64,000 bases of DNA from Podarcis gaigeae (lineage: Eukaryota): the NCBI GenBank assembly GCA_964106915.2, contig OZ066923.1; one strand, given 5' to 3'. This document shows positions 11,185-24,425 of this stretch, one piece after another. How positions within the stretch are numbered: position 1 is the first letter of the stretch; each line of letters begins with the position of its first letter. A model generated the notes under the pieces. It had not been told where the DNA came from, searched no databases, and saw only the letters and a list, made by a program, of their open reading frames with translations. The translations under genes were made by a program, and so were the position numbers.

Positions 11185-11882
11185 CTGAGGGTAAAAAATA
11201 AAAGTGAATAATAAATGTTAGATATTTGAAGTACCTAAGCTGAAGAGGTGTGTAGATAGAAGAGTTTTATTTTCTGTTTTTAATTTCAGTTACTCAATCT
11301 CCTGCATTTAGGTTGGTGCACTTTTTAAAGCTGTATCTAATGAACAAGCAGAGTTATGCTTGGGACAACCAGGAGGCACCAAGGAAAGAAAAATGGGGAG
11401 GTAAAGTTTCAAAGGTACACACGCTAAAAACACTTTTGTTCAGGAGCATTTAAGAAGCACGCCATTGTGTTCTCTGTGTCATGAGCAGAGAACACAGAGA
11501 TGTGCTTTCTAAGTGCCTCTAAGGAAGAGATATATTTTGAAATATGTTTGGCCAACAATGTCTTTATTTTTGTGTACCCTTGAGATTTCACATCCCTCTT
11601 TCTCGCAGTTAATTGTAGACTATCTGAACTCTGCATTGTTTACCCAACATTTGCTCAGTGATTTGTAGTAACCCAAACTATAATTTCAGTTTGAAAGCAT
11701 GCTCTGCAAAAGAGAAAGAATAGAAAAGTGGTAAAAATGTAGATAAGAGCTCCAGGCTAACTAATTAAGCAAGTTCTAGAGGTGCCTTTGTGGGGAAGGT
11801 TTTGGTTCTATATTTTCTGACTCCAGTTCCTTATTTTCTGATTGTATGCCAATAAATTTCTGTGATCAGGAAAAAGCAGTAC

Positions 11883-12065
11883 CTGTGTAATAAAACCAGC
11901 ATGATGTTCACTTGGATGATCATTGCTCTTATCCTCTGGACGATCATTATCTTTAATCCAAGGGGAGTCTTCTGCACAATTTTGATGGCTCTGGCCTGCA
12001 TCACTCCCTCTAATGGCATACTCTAATTCCTTGGTAATGCATACAAAATCATCCTTCCTTTGGTT
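11883..12065 (-). CDS. PLEKHA5: PLEKHA5 exon (NQRKDDFVCITKELEYAIRGSDAG...HAGFITQ)
   Basis: 183 nt, ctctgcag/gtactg, phase 0; RKDD..KELEYAIR resembles recalled human RRDDKELDTAIR. Confidence 0.85.
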
Positions 12066-13065
12066 CTGCAGAGAATATTTGATTTATTGTGAACAAACAA
12101 GGCAACTAATTGGCAGTACAATGATAAAGACAGACACTGGTTAGTTAGGAAACAAGATACAACAGGGGCCCCCTGGACATCATTTTTAAAGCACATTCCT
12201 AAGATTTGTGCTCAAGATGCTGTCTGGGTGCCTTCAATACTGTTTGTGCCTTCAAAGGTTTTGGAGTGGTCACACTCCTTTGCTTGCACTCAGTAACTTC
12301 CTGCTGAAATACTGTAACTTTTTATACCAAAAATGTTCTGGTTATTTTTGTCCCACTCCAGACAGCAGTAATGTGGTAGCATGTGGTGGCATCGCCAAAC
12401 ACATCTACTATTAAAGCACCATTATTGTGTCAAAAACATATTGCAGAATATGCCCGCAATATAACGTCAGTCTGGAGGGAGCCACAGATTGTTAACTTCC
12501 TTGTAGAAAACATCTTACATGAGACTCCTTCTGTACACGACACATAGGTACCGATATAATGGGTAGTCAGTAAACACCTGCAGCATAGGACCTTGCAATT
12601 GCCTGTACCTTTCCTGTGCACCAAACATGTCCAAATGGACTAACATTGCTCAAAACACTTTTTTAAAACCAAAGAGTAGACCCCTCTATCTTTTAGTGAT
12701 GCTACTGTCCATTCCAAAAAGCAGGAAGGAAGCTGCTAATCTTCTTGGGGAGAAAGATTGCTCTAAGACCATGAGGAGTCTCCAATGTCCCTCATTCCTC
12801 TGAGATTAGTGGGGCTTAATATAAACACAAATATTTTGGCATTACACTATCTGTTTCCACTCCAGGCCAACATTTTCCTTACCCTCACAACAGGAACAAA
12901 AGCTCCACCTGACTGGACAAAAGAACTTCCTTCACAATATCTGTTTCCACATCCTTATCCAGATTCTTGAGGCAGCACCGAAGTCAGTCCTCAGCCATAA
13001 ACTGAGGCTCTAAGAGCTGCTGTCTGTCAAGGAGAGGGTTGTGGGGGGATGAACGTGTGGCATAC

Positions 13066-13275
13066 CTGAGACAACTTAAAAGGATTCTCTCTGACAAGGG
13101 ATGGGCTTTGTGATGGGGACAGATCTGAGACACCAATAATATTCAGTCCTTTCTTCTTCTCTCTTAGACAAGCCTGCTGGTGTCTCTTTATTCTTTCCAT
13201 CTGCTCTTCCACTGTCATCCGGGGACGAGCACTTTCTGCCAGGCATAGCTGCTCTACTGCACTTCTTGGCCTTTC
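13066..13275 (-). CDS. PLEKHA5: PLEKHA5 exon (ERPRSAVEQLCLAESARPRMTVEEQMERIKRHQQACLREKKK...NPFKLSQ)
   Basis: 210 nt, aag/gtatgc, phase 0; within ORF 13027..13530. Confidence 0.95.
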
Positions 13276-14181
13276 CTTGAAAGGAAAGAAATGTATGGTA
13301 AAATAAAGCACTTCTAAAAAATGAAGCAATGTTTGAGGGACACCTTTACTCTGCTGTTGCAATGGGATATACCATGCTAATCCCAATACACAGAAACTGG
13401 CATGATTTGAAGCAACAAGGTTAACTACACAGAATGTGAATCTATAATTTTTAATCCATGTTAAAGATTTCCATCCACAGAATACATTGCACTGTGATAA
13501 ATTCCATAAAATACCACTGCCTCTATTCAAAGAGCACCATGTAAAAAAAACTCGCCAATAGCCTTATGGAACTAGAACTAACTACAATAATGCTGAACAA
13601 ACTCTCATCTTGGATTCACAGAATGAGGTTGCACTGATGCAGTGAAAGCACTCTATTTTGTTAGGCAAGTTGGTTTTTGTCTACTGCCTATCAATGATGC
13701 TGCAGATAAATGTGACTGGGGAGAGGAGGCGGGGAAGAGATAGGTGCTGTGCTATTTAAAGACTAGTTTCATATTTCATCATGAATCAGCTGCACTTTTT
13801 GGTAAGGCATTCATATCCCTGTGTATTTGGCCAAGGATCCAGGGGGGTGAGAGGGTGGTGTTGATGTTCTCATATATACAATATGCAGAAGCCCAGTGGG
13901 CATTATGGAAAACATGCACTTGATGGATGGTGGCAATCCAGCAAGTCAATCTTTTTCTCTACTATATGAAATTGTTCTCTGTCTTCCCATCACAGTCCTT
14001 CTGAATACTGTGCCAAGCAGGAGCATTGCCATGATGATCTTATACTACATGTTAGGCAGTGGTGGTGTCTGCTGGTGTAAGAGTGGCCACACAGTTGCAC
14101 TGGTGCAATACCCTGAGTTGATGTGTGATGCAGATGGAGAGCTGGAGGCAGCAAGGGATACAATTCAAAAGTAGTAAATAC

Positions 14182-14297
14182 CGTTCTTAGATCTATCTTC
14201 TTAGTTTTCCTTAAAGTCACATAGGAAGCTATTGTTGAAGATTCAGGTGTTGGTGACTTTGTTCTGGGAGGCACAACTCCAATGGGAAAATGAGAGC
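14182..14297 (-). CDS. PLEKHA5: PLEKHA5 exon (GSHFPIGVVPPRTKSPTPESSTIASYVTLRKTKKIDLRT)
   Basis: 116 nt, tag/gtattt, phase 1 to 0. Confidence 0.95.
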
Positions 14298-17200
14298 CTA
14301 TAAAACAAGAGGGGTGTTGAAAGCATATTGTAAAGACCTTAACACAAACTCTAGATGCAGTTAATGTGAAACACGTTTTATCATGCAGTTATCATATTTC
14401 AGCACCTGTCTAACAATAAGTCTGCTCATAATAAGGATTTTAAAATACATTACATTGAAATCTAATGATTATAGATAAAAGCTAGGTCTGAAGAAGTAAT
14501 GATTCTAGAATGATGGACCCCAAGTGCTGGTACTTCTCTTTTAAGATCCATGTACAAGTACACAGTCTTTGATGCCAAGGAGTCTTAGACCCTGATCATT
14601 CCACTCCTGTGTTGCCCACAATTTCTGCACTCCAATTCTGCCAATAGTGCTTTGTGAGGTGTAAGAAGGGAGACAGATGGTGGTGGATTCACTACAGCAG
14701 TTGCTGAAAGTGGGGCACTCACTGGATTAAGCAAGAGAAACCCCAGGACTATGCAACCAGAATAAGCTTTGGGGTTTTTGAGATGGATTAACAACAAGAG
14801 CTTAACTTTTCTGACATGCTTTTGGACAATAAGTTGCTGAGAGTTCAGTTATATTTACTGCTTACTTTGAGAATATCTGTGTTGCATGGGTGGGTTGGTT
14901 GGTTGTTGTTTTTTAAATGTTATTAATGTTTGGTTTTGAATTACCATTGTTACAAGCTGTTTTGGGAATTCCTATTAAAAAGACACACACACACACACAC
15001 CAGTGACTAACGAAACAGAAAATTTATAATGTTATAACAAAACATTTTGACTTCCACCTTCAACGGTTGCTGACACAGATGATGTGTTCAATCATCAAAG
15101 CTCTATAATTGCAATCTTAGAAACAGTATCATTTTTTACTGGTGCTTCCTTTGAGCCCAGGGCTTCCTGTCTGCTGATTATCTTGCCCTTTAAGATTTTT
15201 TTTGGTGGCTATCACTTCAGCACAGCAAGTTTCTGAGCTGGGGGCCTTGTATTCTGATCCCCGGCTTATGTGTTTCACCTGGACAAAGTGGTGCTAAGAC
15301 CCAATCTGTGGTTCATGCCTATGGTATGTTCTACTTCTAATAGGTCTCAAGAGGTGGTGCTGCTCTCTTTTTGTCCCAATCCTACCTGCTCCCAAGAACA
15401 TCACTGCCATCTGTAGTGGGGAAATTCGACCATCTCAGCAAGCACACAGTAGGAGAGCTTTGAATGTCTAGTGTGCTTTGAGATTTTATTCGCAACACAC
15501 AACTGAGTTTAGAAAGTTGGTAAGGCAATACTAAAATCTCAATTTTAGTGGAGATCTTACAACCAATAAATCATCATTTTTTTGGTATCTATTAGCAACT
15601 CATACATAAATTAATTTTACAGCAACCTTGAAAAAGAAACTTGTGGGAACAAGAAAAGCAGACACTGCCCTCATAAAAAACCCCCGCAACACAGGAAAAA
15701 CTTTTAATGTGTCACAAAACTGGGAAACACAAAAGAACAAATTCAGTTTGTGCTATATACATGATTTGGGTTTTGCAACATTATATTTAGAGGTAAGGAA
15801 ACCCAGTCCTAAAACAGAAAAAAGAAAAGAGCACTCTGCACCTATATTTTGTGAAGCAGGAGAAGGACATGTGCAAAGAGGGGGGGAAAACCTATCATTT
15901 TTTCTTCAGTTTCTCTGTGCTACCTTTAACTGGCTCAAGACTCCATTACAGAACAGTAAAACACATACAAATCCTCACAGTGCAAATATCAACAGGCCAT
16001 AATATTCTATGTATAAAACAATATTTATATTGTGTATTCCTTGTCACAGCATGTAGGCAGGATTTTGGAGCGTGGCCACTTTCTGCCAGCTTTCGTCTAA
16101 GGAACTTAAAATACAATCCTAATCCTTTTATGCAGGTACAGCCACATAAATGACAATTAAAACCAATGCAGCATGCCCAGATCTCCCTCCTTGTTCTCAA
16201 AGCAGTGCAGGTGGTTGACAATTCAACACTGGATCCTTAAAAACGGGTTTCATCCTGCTTTAACTGTTTGCTTTGAACACTTTGGCCTGATGAAATGTAT
16301 TACTCCAGCAGGAAATGGTACATTGCCAGTAGGATTCTTTATTTAAAACTAGCAGCATCATACCCAGAGCTGCTCAAGAATTCCAAGAAACCATTTTTAT
16401 TTATTTTTGGTAAGGTTCAGATTGCTATCTTGATTCCAAATGGCATCCATTTGTATCCAAACAAATGAAAACTTGCTCCTTAATCACAGGGACCACCATG
16501 CAAGATTTTGTGAAGATATCTTAAGAGGTGTCCAAATGCAGAGAGAAGAGACAAACAACTTTCCAAAATACATAGTAGATGGTTTAATTAGATAAGAGGA
16601 TTTTATTACTGGCTATCCTGCAAGATGTTTTCCCCTCCACTTTTGGAAAGACAGATGTGGTAAAACTTTCTATGCATACCGATGGAAAGAAGTATCGCAC
16701 CATATCTATAAAAAGCTGCATTGCTTTGTGCCTTGCATCTCCCAGGCCTGCTGCATGGTAGTTTTGACAGCTCCAATGAAATGTGTGTGCCTAAACTGCT
16801 GATCTCTAGTTGTGCGATGAATGCGATTAGCAGAATAAACACACAGGTTAACATTCCCTACCTAAGCCCCTAAAGCTCTCAGACTAAGTTAATAGGATTT
16901 ACTCTGAGACTTTAGCTCACCACTTCCTCCGCTGTAAGCAGATGCAAGGACAATCGTCTTATTAAAGCATCAATTTTGGTTTATTAGATTTGCTGAAAGA
17001 AGCTGCACACATTTGCCTTATCTGACCATATCTCTCTAGTACAGAGGTCTGACACTAGCAAGATGAACAAAATGGGTCCGGTATTTCCACAGGGACTGTT
17101 AGAAAATGTGGCTGCTTCAGAATATAAACCATTGTCGGTAAAGTGATGCTTCTTACTAGACTCCCTTCCTGTCTCAAGTTGAAATAATAGTCCAGTTCCT

Positions 17201-17820
17201 TGTTCTGAGAATGGTCTATCTAGGCCTACAGCACTCCAAGATAATTGCCCAATTGCTTATTTAAATAATCTCCAAGGAGGTGATATGATAGCATCCAGGG
17301 CTGTTTCTTCTATTACTGCACATTTATAGACAAAACTTTCTTCCAGTCCAGCCTACACTTCTTTTGCTTGAAGTTTACCACCTCACTGCTTCTTCTACAG
17401 ACTTCAACGTAGCCAGCTTATAGGCACTTCATCTGCTTAAATTGAATTTAGTGTAAGATGGAAAAGAGGGGAAACTGGAATCAAAGAGCTATAAGAGTAC
17501 CCTCCCCAAACTGAAAGGCAGTGATAAAGCCAACTGGATATATTAATAAATTGGACTCAGGCCTGATGCAAACAAGAAGATATTGAAAAAGTAAGGCAGC
17601 GCAACATGTGAAACTGTTCAGGCTCTTCACATACACCCCCCGAATTATTTTTGCATTTTTCACCTCACCATCAAACACTAAACACCAAGCAATCCAATGG
17701 TGTGAAAAATCACTGAGGGGTACTACTCCACACAAGCACATGTATGATTAGACTGCACATTGCACAAGGATTTGTGATGGCTATTTATATCCTTTCTGAT
17801 AACTCTTTACAGACCATTCT

Positions 17821-17858
17821 ATACATACATACATACATACATACATACATACATACAT
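17821..17858. repeat. (ATAC)n microsatellite
   Basis: Directly visible. Confidence 0.97.
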
Positions 17859-18981
17859 GTGTGGGTGGGAGGGAGTGTAATATGCACCTAAATATCATCG
17901 TCGCTGACCAATATGAATAATCTTTTTGTAATTAAAAACTAAGTTCCTGAATTTGCTCCCCCCTTCTCCCTCCCAATCAGTTTTCCTTTCATGTCATGCC
18001 TTTTGAATGGAAACCACGGAGGCAAGTACTGTCTCATTACTGTTCACTTTGAACTGGTCTGGGAGCTTTCCCCGCCTTGTGAGTTAAAAATCCTTCAAAT
18101 AAGTAATAAATAGGCAGAATAGCCTTGTGCAGCAATCTCAACATGCCATTCATGCTATTTACGTGAGTGAACTGATCTTAAGGGAGTTTCATTCAAAATG
18201 GATTGCACAGAACAGATGCTGCAGTGGCGAGAATGCTGCCAAAAAGCATACATTTCTGCTCAGCCATAAAGCCCATGAGGTATTTCATCATATATAAATA
18301 AATAATATTCTTATTTGGATTGAATGCCCAAAACTAAGTGCTTTGTAAAATCAAGGTGAACAAGCCTCCCACTTGCAGACTTAAGAATCAGTAGACCAAA
18401 AGTGAAGCAATGTGGCTTAAAAAAAACCCAAGCCCACACCAACCACTGCAGGGTAAAGCTTATCATTTGTCTAGGAGACAGAGAAAACTTGAGAATTGCA
18501 ATATTACGCTTTTCTCTTTTCTTTTTAAGGAGACACTTTTTTCCTGTCTTTTGACAAATCGTGAAGTTATGTAGTGCTGCCTTCAAGGATGTTTCAGCAA
18601 AATAATGCAGGAAATGGATGAACAAAGATGGAAAGATTGTTCAAGGGCAATGACTGAAAATGAACAATTGTTTGGAGGAGTGGTATGTGCAGAACATGAG
18701 AGATGTGATTAGGCACAGCGTCAATAGGGATTTCAAGGCTGATTCTCGGTATTATCTTTTATTTTTCTTCTTCCTGCAACTGGCTGAAAGCCTTCTCTGG
18801 TCGTATAATTAAACCTAATTTCACTATGCTAGCTTTTTCCTTATAATAAGAACAGGTTACTCTATTTGTAAAACTATAACCAATTGTGTTGTTTCTTCTG
18901 TGTGATTACAAGAGTTTCCTATTCCCCTATAAGGGAAAATAAGAACCAACTGTTGTTTAGCCTACATATTATTTTACCAAC

Positions 18982-19102
18982 CTTTAGCTGCAGACATTTC
19001 CGACTCAGAAACTGGCTCTGCCTTTTCTTCCCCATTTGATTCATCAACTTCTGCCACAGTTGTTAGCTCAGGCTCACTTTTATAAAGACGGTAATCTGGA
19101 CC
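18982..19102 (-). CDS. PLEKHA5: PLEKHA5 exon (GPDYRLYKSEPELTTVAEVDESNGEEKAEPVSESEMSAAK)
   Basis: 121 nt, tag acceptor, donor gttggt required for phase 1. Confidence 0.93.
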
Positions 19103-19899
19103 CTAGAGTCAACCACAGTAAAACATATGTTAGCATCTTCCCATAAGACATGTCAGAATGTAACAGCAACATGGCCACCTGTAGAGTATGGCAATGATGA
19201 TATTGTATTCTGAAATGCCCTCTTATTTAAAGGTGAAGGACAACAAAAGATTGCTTACATTTTGTGTAGATTTATTTTTAACTGAACTGCATGGCAAATA
19301 TATGCCAAGAGGCTGGATAGGCACAACTCATGAGTACAGAACTTGTTTTCGTAGCTGTGTGTAACAACTCTCAGATTTTACTGGAAAACCTATTGCTTTT
19401 TCTTTCCCTAGAGCATCACATGGAAAATTTGGAGAAACGTGTTTGCTGCTTATCGCATCATTTCCCCCTGCAGAATGTAAGCGTGTTGTGGCAGCTACCT
19501 ATCCATGATTAAATAATCCTGGACAGCGCCAGGTACTGTCAATAATTCCTTTAAAAAACCTATTGCACTTGTTTCAAAATTAGATTTTTTAAAAATTAAA
19601 ACAAATAAACACCCACCTACCAAAATGGAACATAGCAAAAGCTCAAATCTGGTTTGAGCCACCAATATTGCTGGACAAAGTACAAAATGCAACCAGTCTG
19701 AGTCAATGGGTACACTGACATTCACATAATATTGATGAAAACAGAAGTGGCAAACATTAACAATGCAGCTGGGAGTAACACAGTTAAGCTGAAAAGAAGC
19801 AACGTCACAACATAAAAGTAGCTGGATGTCAAAATAAAATGCCAACTTTGCAAGGTGGTGGGATGACTGATGAAGAACGTGGCAGTTTTGGCCACTTAC

Positions 19900-20088
19900 A
19901 CAGTGAGCTCCATTTCTTTGGTATCCTTGAACTTGGTGAATCTTCCTCTCTTCTGGCAGATGTACAGGGCCCCTGCTATAACAGAGCAAGGAGCTGCTAT
20001 CACTGGGCAGAGGGGGGATTATGGGAGGATGCTCTGCAAAGTCATAGGACCGAGGGAGTGGAGGACGAGGTGGGACTACTTCCTCTTC
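19900..20088 (-). CDS. PLEKHA5: PLEKHA5 proline-rich cassette exon (EEEVVPPRPPLPRSYDFAEHPPIIPPLPSDSSSLLCYSRGPVHLPEERKIHQVQGYQRNGAHC)
   Basis: 189 nt, tag/gtaagt, symmetric phase 0; matches the recalled long-isoform peptide. Confidence 0.92.
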
Positions 20089-20993
20089 CTAAAGATTGCA
20101 GAACAGTCACCTGATTTAGATGTGCTCATCTATCACAACATTTATAACTTCTTTCACATATTTTACAGCAGTTATATTACAGGTTGGAATTAAAGGGACA
20201 CTGCTGTAATGAGAGGGAGAGATTAAAAAAATAACTCTAGTACATCACCAGTGGACACAGCATTTTACCAATTTGTTCTTGGTCCACCTCTGTTTACTCT
20301 GCCCCCCTGGGGGGGGGGGGACAGAAGAAAGCATGCAATCTTCACCCCCACCCCTGAGCAAAGAAAGGAACTTTCCTCAGGTCAATTTTTCTTGATGGTA
20401 TCCCCCCCCCCAATTTCCCTATATTTCATGTGTTGATGCACTCTCACACATTTCAATTTAAAAAGTGTACATTCCCTCATAAAAAATAAAACGTATATTC
20501 TAGTTCCTTTAGACATTGCCTCCCACATGTCACTCACAGTGTCCCTTTAAAGCTACCCAATTTCTGAAGTTATTACAGGCTCAGAGACACTGAGCAATAT
20601 CAACTCCCCAACCTTTTGAGCAGGAATTGTGGGTGCTCAGCTCTTGCAGAACTGAGCTTATAGGTGCGAACACACATGTAAAGCATTTCTTGCTATATGA
20701 AATGTGTGTGGGGCAGGGTAAAGAATCAAGGTTCACAATTTGCTGGGGGAGGAATCAGGATAAAGGGAAAATAAGAAATGGGAAGAGATATATGAACTTA
20801 TAAGAGTAAGAAGTCACAAAACATACAAAGAAATTGTCATTTGGGAGTTCAGCCTTTAGAATTAACCCAGTTTTGAAATCTGTTTATTTAAATATACTAA
20901 AGATACATAAAATAACTTTAATAAAAAGGACAAGTAGGAGATTTGAATCAGAAAGTGATTTCAAAAGTACCCCCCCAAGTCCTTAGGACATAC

Positions 20994-21037
20994 CTCATTT
21001 TTATATTTAGATGAGAAAGCCTTTGTTGCAACGATAT
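20994..21037 (-). CDS. PLEKHA5: PLEKHA5 small exon (DIVATKAFSSKYKNE)
   Basis: 44 nt, tag/gtatgt, phase 1 to 0; ends KYKNE like the recalled human peptide. Confidence 0.9.
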
Positions 21038-21200
21038 CTATTTAAAAAGAAAGAAGAACATTTATTTTTATAATGAGTAATGAATTAAATCCTTGGTAGT
21101 GATCAACAGCTTAAATATTTCCTTTTCAACCACTGAAATGAAACTGTATTCAATCAAGAGTGTATATAACAGCTTCTAAGAGGTTGACATGCCAATTTAC

Positions 21201-21315
21201 CTGCCTCTGCAGTGCTATTTCTTTGCTGTTTATGTTTACTCAAACCTTCCATGACATCCTGAATTCGCCAAAGCTCCTTCTGAATTTGAGCACGTTGTAT
21301 ACCGGCTGACTCAGT
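21201..21315 (-). CDS. PLEKHA5: PLEKHA5 exon (TESAGIQRAQIQKELWRIQDVMEGLSKHKQQRNSTAEA)
   Basis: 115 nt, cag/gtaaat, phase 0 to 1. Confidence 0.95.
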
Positions 21316-21847
21316 CTGCCAGAGAGAAATGTTAAAATTGAGATTGTCTGCCTCCACTTTTAATAAAAAGCATTGAAGGATTCATTGTATTTTATCACGC
21401 ACACTTTTTTTCGTTCTGGATACAATGCCCTTTTCTTAGATTGAAACAAAAGCCACTTGCAGGCCTCTCCCAAGGCAACAAGCTATCCAAGGCTGTCAAC
21501 TGCTATCCACATGGGGCATTTGGAGATGTCAGCCTTCATCTACCCTGTGACCTGTTCCTGGAGCTTGGGGGCAGTGCGGGATGTGGAGAACAAAGGCAGT
21601 TGAATCCATTCACATTACACATTTTATATTATTTATTTTAACTGCAGTACTGAGGACTCTAAGATGTTCTAGAGGCAAAATGAGGGAACATTATGCACAT
21701 GCTTGCACATTGTGTTTCAGCTGTATTTTCCAAAATGTTTCTTTTTATTTTGTAACCAAATTCAGGCAGATGTGCTTGGGTGGAAATGAAGGAAAAACTA
21801 GTAGAGACTGAACCTCTGACCCAAATTTTGACTGCACCACATATTTC

Positions 21848-22003
21848 CATAGCTGTCAACCTTCCCTTTTATTGCGGGAAATTCCCTTATTCCAGTGCCG
21901 TTTCCCGCTGCTATCCCGGATTGTTAGGATATCCCGTAGACTGTCCCCAGGACAGGTGAGGCTGCTGATCCCTTATTTTCAAATCTGAAAGTTGACAGCT
22001 ATG
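21848..22003. mobile_element. 156-bp hAT MITE
   Basis: Perfect 13-bp TIR catagctgtcaac / gttgacagctatg and perfect 8-bp TSD catatttc (21840-21847, 22004-22011). Confidence 0.88.
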
Positions 22004-22425
22004 CATATTTCATTGAGATTTTGTCCTTTCATCCCCACTCACTGCATTCCAACCTCTTATAGGGAAAAATCTTATTGGATTGGATTGTCAACTGGCAGAA
22101 TGACATTTCAATGCTTTGGGAATTTCCCCCACCGCATCAATATACTAGTATCTGGCTTGGGACACAAGAACATACATCTCCAGTAGAAACTCATGTGCAT
22201 AAGGCCTATGACCATAACAAAGCTGACTGTTCTGAAGATTGAAGAAGCAGGTAGGCGTGTAATTTGTTCTACGCCATTACGCATTTCAGATCCTTTAACA
22301 AATGTGGGTGAACTCATTCATCTTTGCACATCACATCCACAAGTACATTCTAATAGTATTGCATACATTTTGGTATTATTTCTAGCATGTATGGATATGA
22401 TACAAAGTTTAGGCATTGGCCGCAC

Positions 22426-22527
22426 CTGAACTTCTCCCAGCCGCTCCAGCTGCTCCTGCATGTGGTTCTTTGTGACCGTTACATCGTACTCTAGTTTGTC
22501 ATATTCCCGCCAAGCTCTCTCAAGCTC
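22426..22527 (-). CDS. PLEKHA5: PLEKHA5 exon (ELERAWREYDKLEYDVTVTKNHMQEQLERLGEVQ)
   Basis: 102 nt, tag/gtgcgg, phase 0. Confidence 0.95.
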
Positions 22528-22960
22528 CTAAATACAGACACATTAAAAATGTACGCATGATAGTTTTGCCTCATGGGTAAATGCAAAAAATATTTGGGAG
22601 TATGCATGATTAAGAAAAATAAATGGTTTTACAACATTCAGACGGGTTGGGTTGCCAGAAACTGTGGGTGGGCGGTGCCCTAAAAGTTGAACAGCTGATA
22701 CACATCTCTGCAACTCTGGATCACTTTCCAAAATAATTGCATTCTGTTGTTCCATTGTAGCAAAAGGAGCCCCCTGCCCCCTATTTCCATGCCCACACAA
22801 GGAGTGGTGAATTCAAGACAAATTAATGTTTGCTAGAGTGTAATAAAGAACAAACCTCTATATAGTCGTTTTCTTTATTTAAAAAAATACCTACTCAAAG
22901 AAGGCCACCTCTTAACACACCACTGAGCTTTACTAGCTGAAGAAAAATGGCATTACTTAC

Positions 22961-23110
22961 TGCGGTAGCTCGAGACACTTCTCGACAAGTGCTAAGGAGT
23001 CCATTCTGTAAATCATCCCTCTGCAAGATGACATTTTGTATGGCGGCTGGATTTTCCGCATTCATTTCTATCTCCTGACTGGCTGATAGCAGAGCTTGCT
23101 CAAGCGTATA
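22961..23110 (-). CDS. PLEKHA5: PLEKHA5 exon (YTLEQALLSASQEIEMNAENPAAIQNVILQRDDLQNGLLSTCREVSRATA)
   Basis: 150 nt, tag/gtaagt, phase 0. Confidence 0.95.
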
Positions 23111-23244
23111 CTATGGTAATAAAAAGAATAATTTTAATGTTCCACATCATTGAACTAATTTTCTTTTTACTTCACTTATCAGTGTTCTGATAATAAAGCA
23201 TGCAAAATAACATCCATTTTGGGTAATAAATATAATTGTCCTAC

Positions 23245-23325
23245 TTTTTCCTTGTGCAGCTGCTGAAGCTTTTCTTCCAGGGCTTGAACCACTTTGTCTT
23301 GCTCGCATAATCGGCTAAGCTTAGT
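23245..23325 (-). CDS. PLEKHA5: PLEKHA5 exon, coiled coil (TKLSRLCEQDKVVQALEEKLQQLHKEK)
   Basis: 81 nt, tag/gtagga, phase 0. Confidence 0.95.
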
Positions 23326-24362
23326 CTAGTGTGGAAGTGAAGATGGTAATAATTAGTGCCACTAGTTGTTTTGCACTTTTTATTTTAAAAATCACATACA
23401 CATTGGGGGAGCCTGGAATATCTAAATGCAGATTACCACAGGCATGACCCTAAATTACACGCCAAGCTAGGTTTGAACCACAGTGGAGTGTTCTGTTTTA
23501 TTTACTATTTATTTATTATTACCCTGAGTCAGTAGGAGCCATTATGCACCTGGTGATCTAGCTGTCCCATTCACTAAGTCAGGGAACGCTCCATACACAG
23601 CATGGGGAATCTCTGATACATTATCTAATAAGGGGCAGCTCCTGCAGATAGGGAACTGAGTACCCACTGCACATGTCCAACTTAGGACAAATAGTGAACC
23701 TGCTGTGGCGTTTGCAAAAACCTGGTACAGTATCTGATTTATGAAGGGAGGGGTGTCTTTTTGGTAAAGCCAAGTGAGGGGGGGCTTTGTTTAATACAGA
23801 CTTTGTGTATTAAAGGTTCAGCTTACTGTACACATTATATGATACTGCTCTTGAATATCTGGGATAGGATGACCTATTCACTGGGGGGGGGGGGGGAATG
23901 CTGCTGAATTTACAAGGGGCCCTGGGAATAACTGAAAGATAACTTATACACTGATTCCCTGTTTGCAGATCAACAAGCCGAAGTCCTACAGTGACTACTT
24001 TGTATGCATTTGCAACACAAGCTACTCTGTACAAACAAGAGAGAGTTCATTTTAAGGCTTTGGCCACACAGTCACATCACATTTTGTCTCAGAAAAGCTA
24101 TTCCTCTTGTACCCTGTTTTTGAAAAAAGGTAAGGCTCAAAAGTTTCTGTTCTCTCAAAGGTGGCTGTGGGTAAAATTACATTTTTTTTTGCAGGCTTTC
24201 AGCTACAGATTAGTCAAAGCGCATCTCAACTCTTGTTTCAGAAAGTCAGGGAGATGTGACAGATTAATGTCATATTGAGTTTGAACTGTTTTTACATGAG
24301 TCAAGCATACCAGTTTGTTTAAAACGCACCAATGCAACATACAGAAAGCCAACAGTACTTAC

Positions 24363-24425
24363 ATCAATATCTAGGTCTTCTGATCTGTATTTGTACAGAG
24401 TACCCCTACATTCATCTTGTGTCAG
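24363..24425 (-). CDS. PLEKHA5: PLEKHA5 exon (LTQDECRGTLYKYRSEDLDID)
   Basis: 63 nt, tag/gtaagt, phase 0. Confidence 0.94.

Noticed and set aside
19839-20193. Plus-strand ORFs as an antisense gene
   Set aside because: They are shadows of the GC-rich PLEKHA5 exon 19900-20088 with no independent support.
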